In this document: positions 41,364 through 55,889 of the stretch, one piece after another
Layout: the number at the start of each line of letters is the position of its first letter
Numbering within the stretch: the stretch's first letter is position 1
NCBI GenBank assembly: GCA_951406725.2
Contig: OX597828.1
Location: forward strand, 31,434,001 to 31,498,000
Direction of reading: 5' to 3'
Origin: Octopus vulgaris
Taxonomy: Eukaryota
Length of the DNA: 64,000 nucleotides
The notes under the pieces: model-generated
What the model saw: the letters and a program-made list of their open reading frames with translations, nothing else
Databases searched by the model: none
What the model was told of the DNA's origin: nothing
Made by a program: the position numbers and the translations under genes

Positions 41364-41790
41364 GCGGTTGGGTTTATTTGGAATTCTAGAGTGGCTCAGA
41401 AACAATATAAAGAAACTTGATAGAAAAACTAGTAAGTTATTGCCGATGTATGAAGATCACCACCCGGTAGCTGACATCAACCGGCTGTACTTCAGGGGAA
41501 ACCCGGATTGAAGAGGCTCAATAGCAGTAGAAAAATGTAACCAGATACAAAAAGAACCCCAGTAGAATATTTGCAGAGCACCACAGGAAAACTACGAAAT
41601 GCAGTAAATAAAGAACAGGCGATGAAGCGTGTAATAGAATAAAATGAACGTTTGACAGATGGAAAAGAAACCTTACCATGGCTAATTTTGAGAATCAATG
41701 AAGATGTTTCTGAATCAAAATCCTAGGCTTCGTTAAAAAAGATACAATGAAAAAAAAAAAACAAGAAACCGAGAGCCTATGACTTTTAAT
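41364..41790 (+). mobile_element. R4/Dong-like RT thumb fragment
   Basis: ILEWLRNNIKKLDRKTSKLLPMYEDHHPVADINRLYF matches the LDRKTRKLL..HHP.ADV.RLY motif. Confidence 0.8.
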
Positions 41791-43705
41791 GCCTCCGTTC
41801 CTGGTTTTCCCCATCTTGGATTTGCAAAGAAATCCTGAAACGAAGGACAGATATATGACATTTACAAAATTAATCTGTCCTTTTCTTTGGATTTCTGACC
41901 TTCACCAGCATAATGGTATTCTGACAGTGTTTATTACTTTGTACATATTTTTCTTACAATAAACATTCTCGTTAACATTGAACATACACGTATCATATGA
42001 ACGTATTTCTGTATTCCTGTTTTAATTTGAAAATTCGTGTTAACCCCGAAGATTTCTATATATTTTCAAACAGAATACTTTGTGTACTTTTTTAAGCCAA
42101 GAAAGAGAAGATAAATAATATGATATATAACACACCATAATCTCATATTTTGAATTAATATTCGTGTTACCTGGGGGGAAATATATAATATTATGACATC
42201 AGAAGATTCACGATTCCGATTCAACTCTATAATATTCGTTCGGTGTGCTGTCATAAGCACACTGTCTCTCTTTATCAGATTCATGACATAAATGCTGATC
42301 CATTCTGAAATACATCACAACATATTATAGACTTGGCAACAGATACACGATTATAATAATACTATTTTGTTTGAGCTTGAATTAACTTTACTTTTTAAAC
42401 AAAGCTATTTGTGGCAACCAGCCAATGTTGACATCTAGAAAGATAAATAATGAGAAATTTCAGATACATCGGCGAGAAATAATATGCAGTGTAGATACAA
42501 ATCTTTTGATGTAATATAATATTTGTTCACACATCATTATCAAGAAAAAAGGCACACATTGTTTTGGTATTTCATTTATCAGTACATTTTTCTAAATATA
42601 TACAAAAATACACATGGATATGCATATATATCTACGAGTATACATATAAAATTTCTTATGGTAATATTACAACCATACGCACGCGCCCACACACACCCAC
42701 ACACAAACACACACACACAGATCTAACAGACGACTTAAAACCGAAGTACTATCTCACATCCTTAAATTTGCAATATCATGTAATTTTTGAAAGACTAAGT
42801 GGTTATATATTGATATCTATATTAATAATAAAATTGCTACTATCCTTTAAATAGTCAAAACACTAGTATCCACAAGGAAATTCTGTGCTTCCTTAAACAG
42901 AATATTGCTTCACATCCAGAAAATCTGTTTTACCACCAAAAAAATCTGGCATTAAGAAGGACATTCATAGTTCATGAAAGAAATGTTTTCAAAATGGTTA
43001 TAGCTTGAAATTTGGAAAAATTTGGATTTACCTGAAAAATACGTAAAAAAACCTCTAATAACAAAGAGAGGAATTTTTTAATGAAGATTAAGCTTAGGGA
43101 AATGGTATGTTCTGATGAGGGATGAATCAGGATTTGAGTTTTAGTGGAGAACTGTCAAATGGTTGCTTTTGCAGAGCTTGTACAGAATATCTATTTTTTT
43201 GTCTGTTACATCAACTCTGAAGCGCAGGATGTGTAACATCAGAGTAGATGATGAATAATGATTTTGTAGTTGTTTATGAAGTTGTGGGTTAGGAATGTTA
43301 ATGCTTTTAGGGAGTTTATTATCCATGCTGCAAAAATTAGTTCGTCAAAAGTAGACAACGAATTCAATTTTCAATAACAAAAGGATTGTACCCACACTGC
43401 AACAAACTAATTATGAAGGGTTACAGAATATCTCCCACAAAATACTGTGCTATCTAGGTTAATGTTCAGGTTTCAAATTTATGACCGATATAAGGGAATG
43501 TTTTGAGCGCAAACTTTTAGCGAAAATCCTCAAGGTCTGCTCAGATTTGAAAGTGTGTCTAGCATGTATATTCTAGTACTAACAATTCTTGTGCACTTTC
43601 ACTTCATACATTTTGGTTAAAAGACTGAGTAAGTTAAATAATGCTAAAAAGGATATGGTGTATGCATGTATTTATGTATATATATATATGTATATATATA
43701 TATAT

Positions 43706-43842
<137 letters not shown>

Positions 43843-44021
43843 TATTCTTTAATTATTACAAATCTACAAATCTCCCACTGAGATTTCCAGCGAAGACACA
43901 AGGCTCCATCTTTAGGAAGTAGTTAACACAGACAATATATGTATGTATGCATGTACGTCTATGTTTGTATGTATGTATTCATATGTATATGTATTTGTAT
44001 GTACATATATAGACACATATA

Positions 44022-44081
<60 letters not shown>

Positions 44082-45169
44082 TACGAATGTATGCACGTGT
44101 GTGTATTTATGTGTGTGTACAGAAAGTTAATTGTGAAATATATAGCAATCTCCCGGTGTTGAAGGACTGTTTATGTGTGACTCCTATATTATAATATGTT
44201 GCTTGGTGGCAATCAGACAAGGGGGAATTTGTTACATGTTATCTGACAACGGAGGAAAAAGGTGCTCATGAAAAGAATATTTGCAGTCGGACACTTATTT
44301 GTCAGTGTAATATGTGTAGTTTACACGAGATGCAGATCATGAGACTAGTCTTTTGGCATATTGATCTATTGATAAACACACGGAGTTTTGGAGGTGAGAA
44401 TGGTTTATGGTAGTTTGCATCACATTTAATCTAGTTGAAATGTGATACGTATGGAGGTAACAGTATCAATATAGATAATATATTTGGCGTCTGTACGCAC
44501 ATGGTGTCTCATAATCGCAGACACGCAAAAGGTAAGAAATATTTGGGGGATGTACTGGGCAATCATTGCGGGATATCCTTTGGTTTAATCTATCTGTTCA
44601 TCAGATTTGGCTGCTTTCTCTAAAATATGCATCAGATGTATGCTCGGTTTTGGTGCCTAAGAACATATTGCATACATAATACTGGACATGTTTTCAGGGA
44701 CTTCTTTATATCGTACAGAAAGGTGGCAAGGTGGGAATGAATTAAGAAGTTCCAGCAACAGGTTTTCCACTTAAAATAAATATGTTGATGAGGGTTGTAT
44801 TTACGGATATCACTTTGACAAGCAGATATATAAAGGACATAATATATGCATTAAGCGCCATGTAAAGTGTTTCGTATTTTTAATCGTGTTGTTAACTTTA
44901 TGTCTGTAAGGCACATGTTTATTATTTGCTTCTTTGAGAACAGAGAAAGATGGAAAGTTGTAACTGGGTTTTAATACGACATAATCACACAAGTTGACAA
45001 TAGATATTTAAAAAGAAAGATATATAGCCATCTGCTATGTTTTTACATAAAAGCTCTCAGATGAGAGTAGGATATCTAATTTTGTTGGATTTTCTGCTTT
45101 TGATTGTCTTTTAGAGTTTAATGACTGCTAAATAAGAATATCGCTACTAATTGCATGAAGAATTTCAGG

Positions 45170-45900
45170 TTGTCGAAATCCGTGAACCACACCTTCATAT
45201 GCACAAAAGCTTCTTGTCACTCTCATCGTGTATAATCTATCAGCAATTTGATTACATCAGATTGCTATAACTGTGTAACTTGTGCTGTCCTTAAATATTC
45301 GCGTTGCGTAATTCCGTCCGATTCTTGACATTTTCCATCCACTTAATATTTGATTTTGTCATTCTCCGTAATATATATGAGCACATTGATTATAGCTCCT
45401 ATTAACATTTCTAATCAAGTGTCCGAAAATATTTTTCGTTTTTTATCTTTGTTAACATCGAACAGAATTTCTTAGATTTTGTTATTTCTAGTATTTCATT
45501 ACTATTTTGATGGATTATCCATGACATTCTCAAATGTATTTTATGGCCCACATTTCCAAGAAATGTAATTTGTTAGATCGCACAATTGTAACGTCTTTTT
45601 ATTCACTCCTATATACAACTGTTCCTTCGATATTAACTTTATTAGTAACTTTGATATATTTTCCAAATGTCTTTCTAGTTACATCAAATCTTCTTTTGAT
45701 TTCTGCTTCACATTTATGATTGCGATATTAGGTATACGTTCTTCGCTTGCTATCGCAGGTATATTATATTTGATGTTTGTTCAATAAGATACCCCACTAT
45801 TGTAATATTTATTGGTGTCTCTTGTTCGTTACTGATTAGTATGTATTGTATTTTTCTTACACTCATTTCCAATATATACGACATTCCATTGTCATATACT
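45170..45900 (-). mobile_element. Decayed RTE-clade LINE 3' fragment
   Basis: AEIKRRF..RKTF, FLEMW, LRMSW...NEIL, FGHLIRN, WMENVK. Confidence 0.65.
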
Positions 45901-48189
45901 TTAGTTATAAGCTTCTCTTGCATCTGTCGTTTGAAAGGTAATATACGATTGACGTTATGCGGTACTAGGAAATATGTAACCTCATGTACTTTATTCAGCT
46001 CTGTTGCTCATAAACACAATCTGTATTGCAACTATCTCTCACTTAGTGTATATAAACACTAGTTCTAAGTATTTTCAACTAAATAGGCAAAAGAGAATTA
46101 AGACGACGGAAATGTGTGTGGTTTTCCCCACTTGGTTATCAAATGATGGCTCACTCTTATCTGTTTCATTTTTATTTTTCTAAACTGTAAGTTATTTAAT
46201 TTTATTTGAGATAATTAATCTTGCTTGAGATTTTGAATAATCTGAGAAGTTACATGTGTGTAATGACCACACACATAATCTCACTTAATGAGAAGTTTTC
46301 GGCTCATTATATTACATGTTAAATATTATATCCTATGTGACATGATATGAGTAGCAGTAAGACTGTTTTGCAGTAAAAACTGTGGAGCGAATACACTTTT
46401 GTCAGATTGTCTCTTTTGTATCCCATGAGGAACAAAAGTGGAGATTGGACAATGATAGGCTGTGGTGGTTCTGAGAAAAGGCCTAGCGTAGAATAAGAAT
46501 AAAGCCATGTATCAGTTCTTCGCTGGGAATGAATGACTGGTTGAATTTAAGGAATTATATGTGCAGACGTCATGCTAGGAAATATTAAACGGAAGTTTTC
46601 ATAATTTTACCATTAGTGGCAATCATCTATAAATTCAAATATTTCGTAACACATTTAGTCTTGTTAGCGAGATCAAATTTATAAGAAAATGTATATACAA
46701 AGAAATAATTGATTGAGGCGCATGATCTTGAATATTTAGTAGAATACTAAAAGATTCGCTTAGATTGTAAGCTGGCGGTCTACAAACGTACATGTTATTG
46801 AAATTTCAACTTCGTTGGTATATGTGGAAAAATAACAAAAATTATGTTTTTTTTGCCTTTCCGTACGAACTGACATGCTTCCGTAAACAGAAAACAGAGA
46901 AACTTTCTAATTCACTCACTGTATATGTTATGGAAACCGATATTTGTTTAGTCCACAAGATTTGTGTGTCAGTCAGTCATGAAGTTATTTGTTGCTGATG
47001 AAATGCATTTATTATTGCATAATGAATATTCTGTACTACATTTACATTTTTTCGAAAAGCAATTTTAAATTAGTGAAATTAAATAAAACAAAAATAATAA
47101 CTCGTCTTAAGTTGCATTTGGTGGATTTCTAAATAATATGTAGATTTCCCATTTTCACGTTTCTTTTCCGGATCATTATTTGTCTTATATTGCGACAATT
47201 TAATCAACCAATATTTAGCCGTTTTCCTTATCCTTTTACGTGCTAGCGTTTCTGATATTTAACTGTTTAAATTTGTAAGTGATGCACATTTCCTGCACTA
47301 AGGCACGTTTTTAATTAAATTACAAAATTCAGTCTCCATAATCTCTTGGAGAGATGAAACATTTTTCTTTGGATTCGTATTCTCGGCAACATTTTCGACT
47401 TAATAAGAGATAATATATTTCGAAGAGTGCAATAAGGATTTGCTCCCATCCAAATATGTGAGCAAAAAAAACATTGATTGAAATCTGAGTAAAATCTTTC
47501 TGACGATTTTCGTTTCGCATCGTATTTCGAAAGCAATTCATACCATAGAAACAATTAGTGATAAACATATTTTCATTCTCTTTGTCAAACACTTAAATAT
47601 GTTTTCTAATACCAGTCATGCAGAAAGTAGATAAAATTTGGAATTTATGTTCATCTTTTGTTTTCAAATGAAATTTTTACAACACAACCTCTCATATGTA
47701 GATTTATTATTATGAATAAAACATTGAAAAGCCATCATAGTAAAGCGTTTATATCCATTTACTCATTTTCTATCACTACAGTGATACCATTATAATTTTC
47801 AGAAAATGTAGTTCAAATGAATTCTTCAAATTTTAATCAATCTTGCAATCATGTTCTCAGCTAAAAGAGATTTTATGCTTTATTCCTGCTGCAAATTCTG
47901 TTCCAAACACTGATCAAACTAACGCACTATATGGATAATTTATTGTAGTCTCGACAATGCAGTAGAGTTGCTAAGTTTTCATATTTCAATAACTAAGAAA
48001 GTTAACTCGTTAACTTTCTCTGACGTTTTCCATTATCTCGAAAATAATGCAGCTATTTTTCTTGCTTCCAAATGTTACTTGAATATTTCTCATGGTTTTC
48101 ATGACTAATGATATTGTTTGGAAATATATCCGGTACTATGTATTCAGCTCCATATTTTCATTTACATTAAGAAAACAGGGAACATAACA

Positions 48190-48203
48190 AAAATAATAAT
48201 AAT

Positions 48204-48271
<68 letters not shown>

Positions 48272-48294
48272 CAACAACAACAACGATAATAACA

Positions 48295-48389
<95 letters not shown>

Positions 48390-48419
48390 AAGAAGAAGAA
48401 GAAGAAGAAGAAGAAGAAA
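48190..48419. repeat. (AAT)n(AAC)n(AAT)n(AGA)n microsatellite
   Basis: Directly visible. Confidence 0.99.
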
Positions 48420-49304
48420 CTTGCTGTATACAGGATTCAGGTGTACTGTTGGCGAATTTCAGGAAGCATGGAAGTATTTATTTTCTTCACCAGAAAATGT
48501 AAAACACACCTTGCTGTTACCTGTATTTTGCCTTATGTATTTCCTACCCAACATTGCTTTACCTTCAACAGAGAAATCCTTCTCTGATTTTTATCAACTG
48601 TCACTGAATTATGTTTATTCTTCAGGGATCTTCGACAGCTTTTCTTTGAAGGAACTTACGATGAATTTAATAAACCAACAATTAGATATTATATTACCCT
48701 CCATTAGTTACGTGACAAATTATATGCAGATTGCCAAACATAAATTACAGCAATATAATCCTAAATAAATATTCTAAGATGCTAATTAACATCACGTTGC
48801 ATATAGAAATAGTTACGAGAACTGTAACAATATAATTGGAAGAATGCGCAATTGTGTCCTGATTTAATACGACGTTGTTCTGTGTGCATGTGACAGCATA
48901 TCGACCTTTCAATAATAGTCAACACGACACCGTGTACTGCTTCAACAGTTGCATTTAGTCTTATATATCTTCTCTAAATATCTGATGAGGCAAAATAAAT
49001 TTTAAGTCATATGGGACGGAATATTACTTATTAAATAACAGACATATCTCTTACTAAATGTGTTGTGCCATACGCACACCTATCTAAGCATAAATGTATG
49101 TGTGTATATCTGTCTATTTGTCTGCTTGTATGTGTATATGTATGTTTGTATGTATGTATATATATATATATAGTGAGAGAAAGAGAGAGAAAGAGAGATA
49201 CATGTATGTATCTATATATATATATACATATATATGCACACACACGCACATATATACAACATATAAGTATATATAAGTATAATTATATATATATATATAT
49301 ATAC

Positions 49305-49650
49305 GCGAGAAAAAAGCAACAAGAATGGATAGGTTTTTAGTACAATCGTTTCATACAAGGACAGGCTTTATTAAAAGTTGCAAAAATTGCAGCATATAAA
49401 CGTGTCCCGTACTCATGAGTACGGGACACGTTTATATGCTGTAATTTTTGCAACTTTTAATAAAGCCTGTCCTTGTATGAAACGATTGTACTAAAAACCT
49501 ATCCATTCTTGTTGCTTTTTTCTCGCTTATAATCACCCCACATTACTGTATTGTTAAAACCGTATAGTTTGTTTTGGTGCATCTAAGTTAGGTACCATAT
49601 TCAAGTAAATTCATTTAAATTAAATTAACTTGAATCTTTATTGCTTTTTG
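49305..49650 (+). mobile_element. 222-bp near-perfect spacerless palindrome plus about 125-bp tail, in (TA)n
   Basis: 49305-49415 is the reverse complement of 49416-49526 with one mismatch seen. Centre GTACTCA|TGAGTAC. Confidence 0.92.
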
Positions 49651-50629
49651 TATATATATATATATATATTATATATATATATATATATTTATACATGGTG
49701 AGACAGAGGGGACGGACATTTAAAAAATAGTTATTACTTCTGTCGTTTGGAAACAGTTGAAAGCATGGTATTATACACAAAGCAATGCTAAAGAGCGTGG
49801 AGGCCAACTTCTAAAAATACCTTCCGAAATACATCAGTGAAAACGGACACCACATGTTGAATGTTGTTTTCCACAAGTGATTTTGACAAATGCTAATTCA
49901 ATAGAAATATATTGATGTCAATACAATTTTTTCTGCAGTTAAAATTCATAATTTTGTGACTTTTTCAAAAACATCAATCCTCTCTGCCGCACACTATATA
50001 TATATAGTCATTTCAAATAAACAAACATTTCATACTAGGTAGAATTTGCTCAATAATTTTATACACTAACCTTGTCATATGCCTGGCGTGTCATGCTTCA
50101 CTACATAGTACTGAAACGTTACAAACCGTTCTCTTTAACATTATCACAAGTTTGATATGCTGTCAGCTGCCAGCGTCAGTATCACATAAATTCTTTTGAA
50201 TCTGAGTACACTTCAAATGATATTATCACCGATTGTTCTCGGTTAGTGATAAGACAGACGTTTTCAAACAGCGTGTCGAGACATGTTGGTGCATCGGTGA
50301 TAGATTTTAGGTGCCCCGCAATACTAATTCATATACGATCAATTTTTGAAACGAATATATCGCTGGATGTGAATTAGAATTGATGTCTAGCGAATCATCG
50401 TATAATTAGACGGGTTTAGTTCAGGAGGCTGGCTGCACAATCTGCACTTTGTAGATGAACATATATTTCTTTAAAAAAATTATATGATGTTATAGATTTA
50501 AAAATTCAGTAGTAGAATAGGGTAAAACATAGTACAATTCACTGAACAGTTATATGAATTTTGTTTTATATTCCTGGCGTTGCCATGAGCAAAAGGATTA
50601 CACACGAATTATAATATGTCGGAATTCTT

Positions 50630-50893
50630 TATTTATTTCAGTCATTTGACAGCACCCATGCTGGAGCACCACCTGTAGTCGAACAGGTTGACTTCCAGGA
50701 CTTATTTTTTGTAAGCCGAGTAACTATTGTATCGGGATCTTTTGCCGAACCGCTAAGTCACGGGGACGTAAACACACCGGCATCAATTGTCAAGTGATGG
50801 TGGGGGAACAAACATAGACACAAATAACAAGCACACACACGCATATATATATATATATATATGCGACGGGCTTCTTTCAGTTTCCGTTTACCA
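50630..50893 (-). mobile_element. SINE family B, 5' truncated
   Basis: Aligns to the 3' half and internal tract of family B. Confidence 0.85.
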
Positions 50894-50944
50894 AATAACA
50901 ACACGCACTATATTCTTCAGTATTATTATTACTTTTATTTTAGA

Positions 50945-51045
50945 GGGCGCTCAGCGGGCAGAATCGGTAGCACACTGAACGAAATCGTTAGCGGTATTTC
51001 GTCTACCGCGACGTTCTGAGTTCAAATTCCGCCGGTGTCGTCTGT
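50945..51045 (+). mobile_element. SINE family A head fragment
   Basis: GGCAGAATCGGTAGCAC...GTTCTGAGTTCAAATTCCGCCG. Confidence 0.8.
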
Positions 51046-51303
51046 GCCTCTTGTTTGTATGATGTGAATGATGTATTGTGTATTTCTAATTCCGTTGGGT
51101 CGCACGTATGGGACATATTCCTTACCTTTCTTTCACAGTCCGTTATTAGGATATTGAACTTGGCATTTTCTGCAATTGCAGCTTTCTTGTGGACCAGATT
51201 TCGAGGCAATGCGTTTGGCATAGTGGGAATGACGTCTCTAAATCTTATTATTCTTCGTTTCCAAGCAGTGTCCTGCGCCTACACCAGTAGTCTATATGTA
51301 TAA

Positions 51304-51344
<41 letters not shown>

Positions 51345-51408
51345 TATACATATATACACATACATACATATACATATATATATATACATGTACATATATA
51401 TGTATATG

Positions 51409-51481
<73 letters not shown>

Positions 51482-51927
51482 TTATAAAAGGTTTCAGCAA
51501 AGATTTGCTTTAACACATACCGAAGTTTAGAAATAGCAGCCAAAGAACTTTAGCTATTTCCTCTACTTTAAAATGTTTTAAGTCTCATGCTGATGAAGAC
51601 AATGTTCGGGTAAAGTAAAAATTACACATTTTTTATACCGATCTAATTCCGAAACGCGTACATGGGTAATCTAATATCGATTGTTTTCCGTTAGTCTTCC
51701 TCTCTGCCTTCGTGGATTATTTTTGAGTAATTTGTTTTTTCCGGGAGTCTCAATTTAAAGTACAGGAAATAGCTAATGCTCTAAACTTCGCGTGTGATAA
51801 AGCAAATCTCTGCTGAACCCTATTATAAAATTTTAGTTTAATTTAACGTGAAATGGTCCTTTTTTCATGCCGAATTCTACTTGCTGAAATTATTAATTAC
51901 TAGTTAATTAATAAATTTTACCCTTTG

Positions 51928-51928
<1 letters not shown>
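51482..51928 (+). mobile_element. Fold-back element: inverted arm, hammerhead, direct arm, tail, inserted in (TA)n
   Basis: 51482-51572 is inverted to 51754-51828. The tail at 51829-51928 is homologous to 5592-5690. Confidence 0.88.
51584..51666 (+). ncRNA. Type I hammerhead ribozyme with minimal palindromic stem III
   Basis: CTCATG-CTGATGA-a-[G...TCGG...CCGA...C]-GAAA-CGCG-TA-CATGGG. 6-bp stem I, intact core, ACGCGT palindrome, GUA site after 51660. Confidence 0.82.
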
Positions 51929-52002
<74 letters not shown>

Positions 52003-52026
52003 TACACGCTCACACACGTATATGTA

Positions 52027-52500
52027 TATATGTTATAATTCAGAACAAACAGTAAAATATTGTCATTATAGTATTCGGAATTTCGGATGTCGGGGCGAAG
52101 GGCTACGGTACATTCTCGTCGGATATTATTGGCGACAGACAGCCATGAGAACCGTTGAATAAAAGGGAAGTATACTTCAATAGGTAGAAAAATATAAAGG
52201 GAAAATGATAAAAAATTACACACTACCATATTCTGATAATACATAGATATAAAACTCCTGCGTTCACAACGTCATCATCCGTACACACTCACACAAACTT
52301 GTATACGTACAAGCACATACACGCACAAACATATATATGTATTTGCGTTCTCATACATACACACGTATCCACGCACACATATGTGTATACACATTTGTGT
52401 GTGTCTGTGTACGCAAGCTCATCCTCATGCACATAGTTGCTTACATGCATACATGTAACATAATACATACGCACTTAGATATCCATATGCATAAATATAG

Positions 52501-52531
<31 letters not shown>

Positions 52532-53174
52532 CTGACACATATTCACACACCTGCATATATACAAACATGCATATATTTGTACATATATATGTCTGTATGT
52601 ATGTTTATATATATATATATATATATACAGACACACACACACACATATATATATATGTATATTTATACGTGTAAATGTCTAAATATATATGTATTATGTT
52701 ACATATATGCATATATGAGGATGAGGTTGCATATATGAGGATGATATATACGTATATATGAGGATGAGGTTGCATACACATGTACACCCACACACATATG
52801 TTTATATTCATGTGTGCATGTTTGTGTGGGTATGTGTGTGTGTATGAGTACGTACGTTAATATATGTTTATGTGTGTGTATATATATATGTACGCATGCA
52901 TATGTGTGTGAATGTGTATGTATGAAGTCGTTATAAATGCAGGTTTATGACTATGTATTGTGAGAGTATGGTTGAGTGTATTTATTTTTTTTGTTAGTTA
53001 TTCGTTTCATTGTGCTATCTGTTAGAGTGACTTCCCTTTTATTCAACGAAATATCATAGCGTCTATTGGCAGTAATAAGTGACGAGAATATATCGTAGCT
53101 CTTCGTTCAGAGATTCGTATCTCCGAGTACTATAATGGCAACCAGCCTCTGTTTGTTGTAAATTATTACATATA
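52027..53174. mobile_element. Long inverted-repeat element, arms about 160 bp, CA-rich then TG-rich interior
   Basis: 52027-52187 is inverted to 53015-53174 (about 70-75%), including the perfect 19-mer CGTTGAATAAAAGGGAAGT. Confidence 0.75.
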
Positions 53175-53212
53175 TAATCCTCCATTTATCTAATATGAAG
53201 GACCCATTCTAT

Positions 53213-53488
53213 TGTTGTTACTTATTATTATTATTATTATTTTTATTATTACTATTATTATTATTATCATTATTATTTTTATTATTATTATTTTTGTTAT
53301 TATTATTAGTATTATTATTATTTTTTTAATTATTATTTTCGTTATTATTATTATTATTTTTGTTCTTTTTCTTCTTATTATTAATAGTGCTGTTATTATT
53401 ATTATTATTATTATCGTTATTATTATCATTATTATTATTATCATTGTTATTATTATCATCATTATTATTATTATCATTATTATTATTA

Positions 53489-53543
<55 letters not shown>
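53213..53543. repeat. Degenerate (ATT)n microsatellite
   Basis: Directly visible. Confidence 0.99.
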
Positions 53544-54312
53544 GGCTACTATATGCATTATGTGTGTGTGTCTGTGTGTGTATGTGTTTGCACTTTATTA
53601 GTGCACTTTACAATACTTACAGCTAATCATGAACAGCTGAACGATCCCACAACCACAAATATAAATCTATGTAACAAGTGCATAAAATTATGTATTCAAA
53701 CAAAAATAAAGGTGTGTATTATGCGTCTGTGTGTATGTGTATATTGAAGATATTTAGATATCGAAAGTGTCTTCGTTTTCATGATATTGCATGCTGAACG
53801 GATTAAGCATGCAAACAATTCGTACAATATTTCTATGCATATATTTTTGTTTTCTATGCGTGATATTTTATACTTTTTACATACCCGTTCAGGCACTTGC
53901 ACTATGTTTTCTACTTAATTTTACTGTACGAGTTGATGAATTTTTCACTTTAAATACTACGTCAGCAAGACAGGTGAAAACAGAAAATGTTTCCATTCAG
54001 TTACGTTTTGTAGTAAATATCTCTAAATAGCTTCTGTATTTTTAGTTTTTCTATATTTTTATTATAGTCAAACTTAAGAAATTTTTTTTTATCCTTTCTA
54101 AACGCCACCTGCCGGATTTCCTTTTTAAGAGAGGATGTATTTTAATGTTAACGCTATTTCCTACGTATTTTGACATATTCCATGATAGAACAGATTAGTG
54201 GACAGTTTATACAAGCATAAATATATTCATATAGAGAAAAATTATTCGAAAATACACACGTACACACAACAATGAAACACATATAGACATATGCATATGT
54301 TTATACAAATAC

Positions 54313-54410
<98 letters not shown>

Positions 54411-55889
54411 GTATATATATATGAAAATATGTATGCCAGTGTTAGTGGGTGTGCATGTCTGTGTGCTGTGTCTCTCGGTGTATTTGCATGAATACATTTG
54501 CGAGAATAGCGTCATTGACAGCTTTACTGATGCGATAAAATTGCACGATCTGATGTTCATATTTCTTTTATGCATTGTTAATTAATGAACTTAAATTATT
54601 AACAAATGTTCTTCAAAAAGTAACTCTTTATTTCCTTCCAGTATGTCTCTTCCAAAGAAGTAACATATCTGTTTCGACACTCAGATTCAATGAAAATATC
54701 ATGAGAGATATTCTCTATATTTAAGATTTTGAGACTATGTATATGTATTTTTTATATGTATACTGAAGCGGATTTTTTAAATGTAATTTATATAACATCA
54801 ACAGGTAGTTTATTCTTTTATTACATACTGGTATTTTAAATAAAGTATGTCTTAGAATTCACGGCTTTGACGAGTCTGCGTATGTGAATTTTTGTGAGTA
54901 TGTCTAGAATTGCATATATTTATAGCAATATTTCAAACAAAATACACTCGGATTTGATAACTATGAGCCAATCCTGATTTTCCTATTTATGGGATTAGTA
55001 CAGAACAAAAGGATTATTTTATCGCTCTTGTTTTTAAGGTCTCTACGGCATTTTCGAAGCAAATTTGAAAGCTTGCATAAAAGGCAAAGAGCAAAATATC
55101 CCTTCCAGAAATAAATATATTTAAAAAAAATAATCAAAAAATATGAAGTAGGGTATGACTGGGAAAGAACTGTTTAGTTAAAGTAGCCGCCCTCATCATA
55201 GCCCCGAAAACTGCCACATGCGTTCTCCGCGAAAGATTTTTGAACCCCTGCTTGATCTGCAGTCAGAGTTGTTGCAGTCATTCTAAACTGCTCTCTACAC
55301 TTAGTAATCCTTGTGACAACAATGAGTGGAATGCAGTGACTAGAAACTAGAACTGGTGAAGACCTAGAAATCCACGCACGAGTACGTCTGATATTTCCAG
55401 TGACAAAGAGATCCTGATGCCAGTGTTATAAGCCTTCTAGCAACAACTTTCTCCACCCAGGCTTTGACGAAATTCTCATGCAGTTTCACTTGGTTGTCTG
55501 AATTGATTCTAAAGCCCGATTCAAGGATACATAGCATGAAGTCACCTTCACTGGAGACACACTCAAAACGATTACAGTCTTGCTGGCCATAGCTTCGTAG
55601 TTGCCGTTGAGTCTGCCTATGTTACGTCTTACTGTCTTTACAGAGCGTTCATAGACGTTCAGCAGCCGTTATGGTATCGGAATTTGATACCCGGACCGAT
55701 CATCATGATATTAGTAAATATTTTCCAATATACAAGTTGCTCCCGTTTCTCCCGGTACGCTAACGCTTTCTCAACTACAGGTCTAATAGTTATGCTCTCC
55801 AACGTCGCCGACATTTCATCAATACATGAAGTTGTTCTTGTGGAAGGGAGAGTAAAATTCATAGAATGTAGGCAGAATATGCTGTATTT

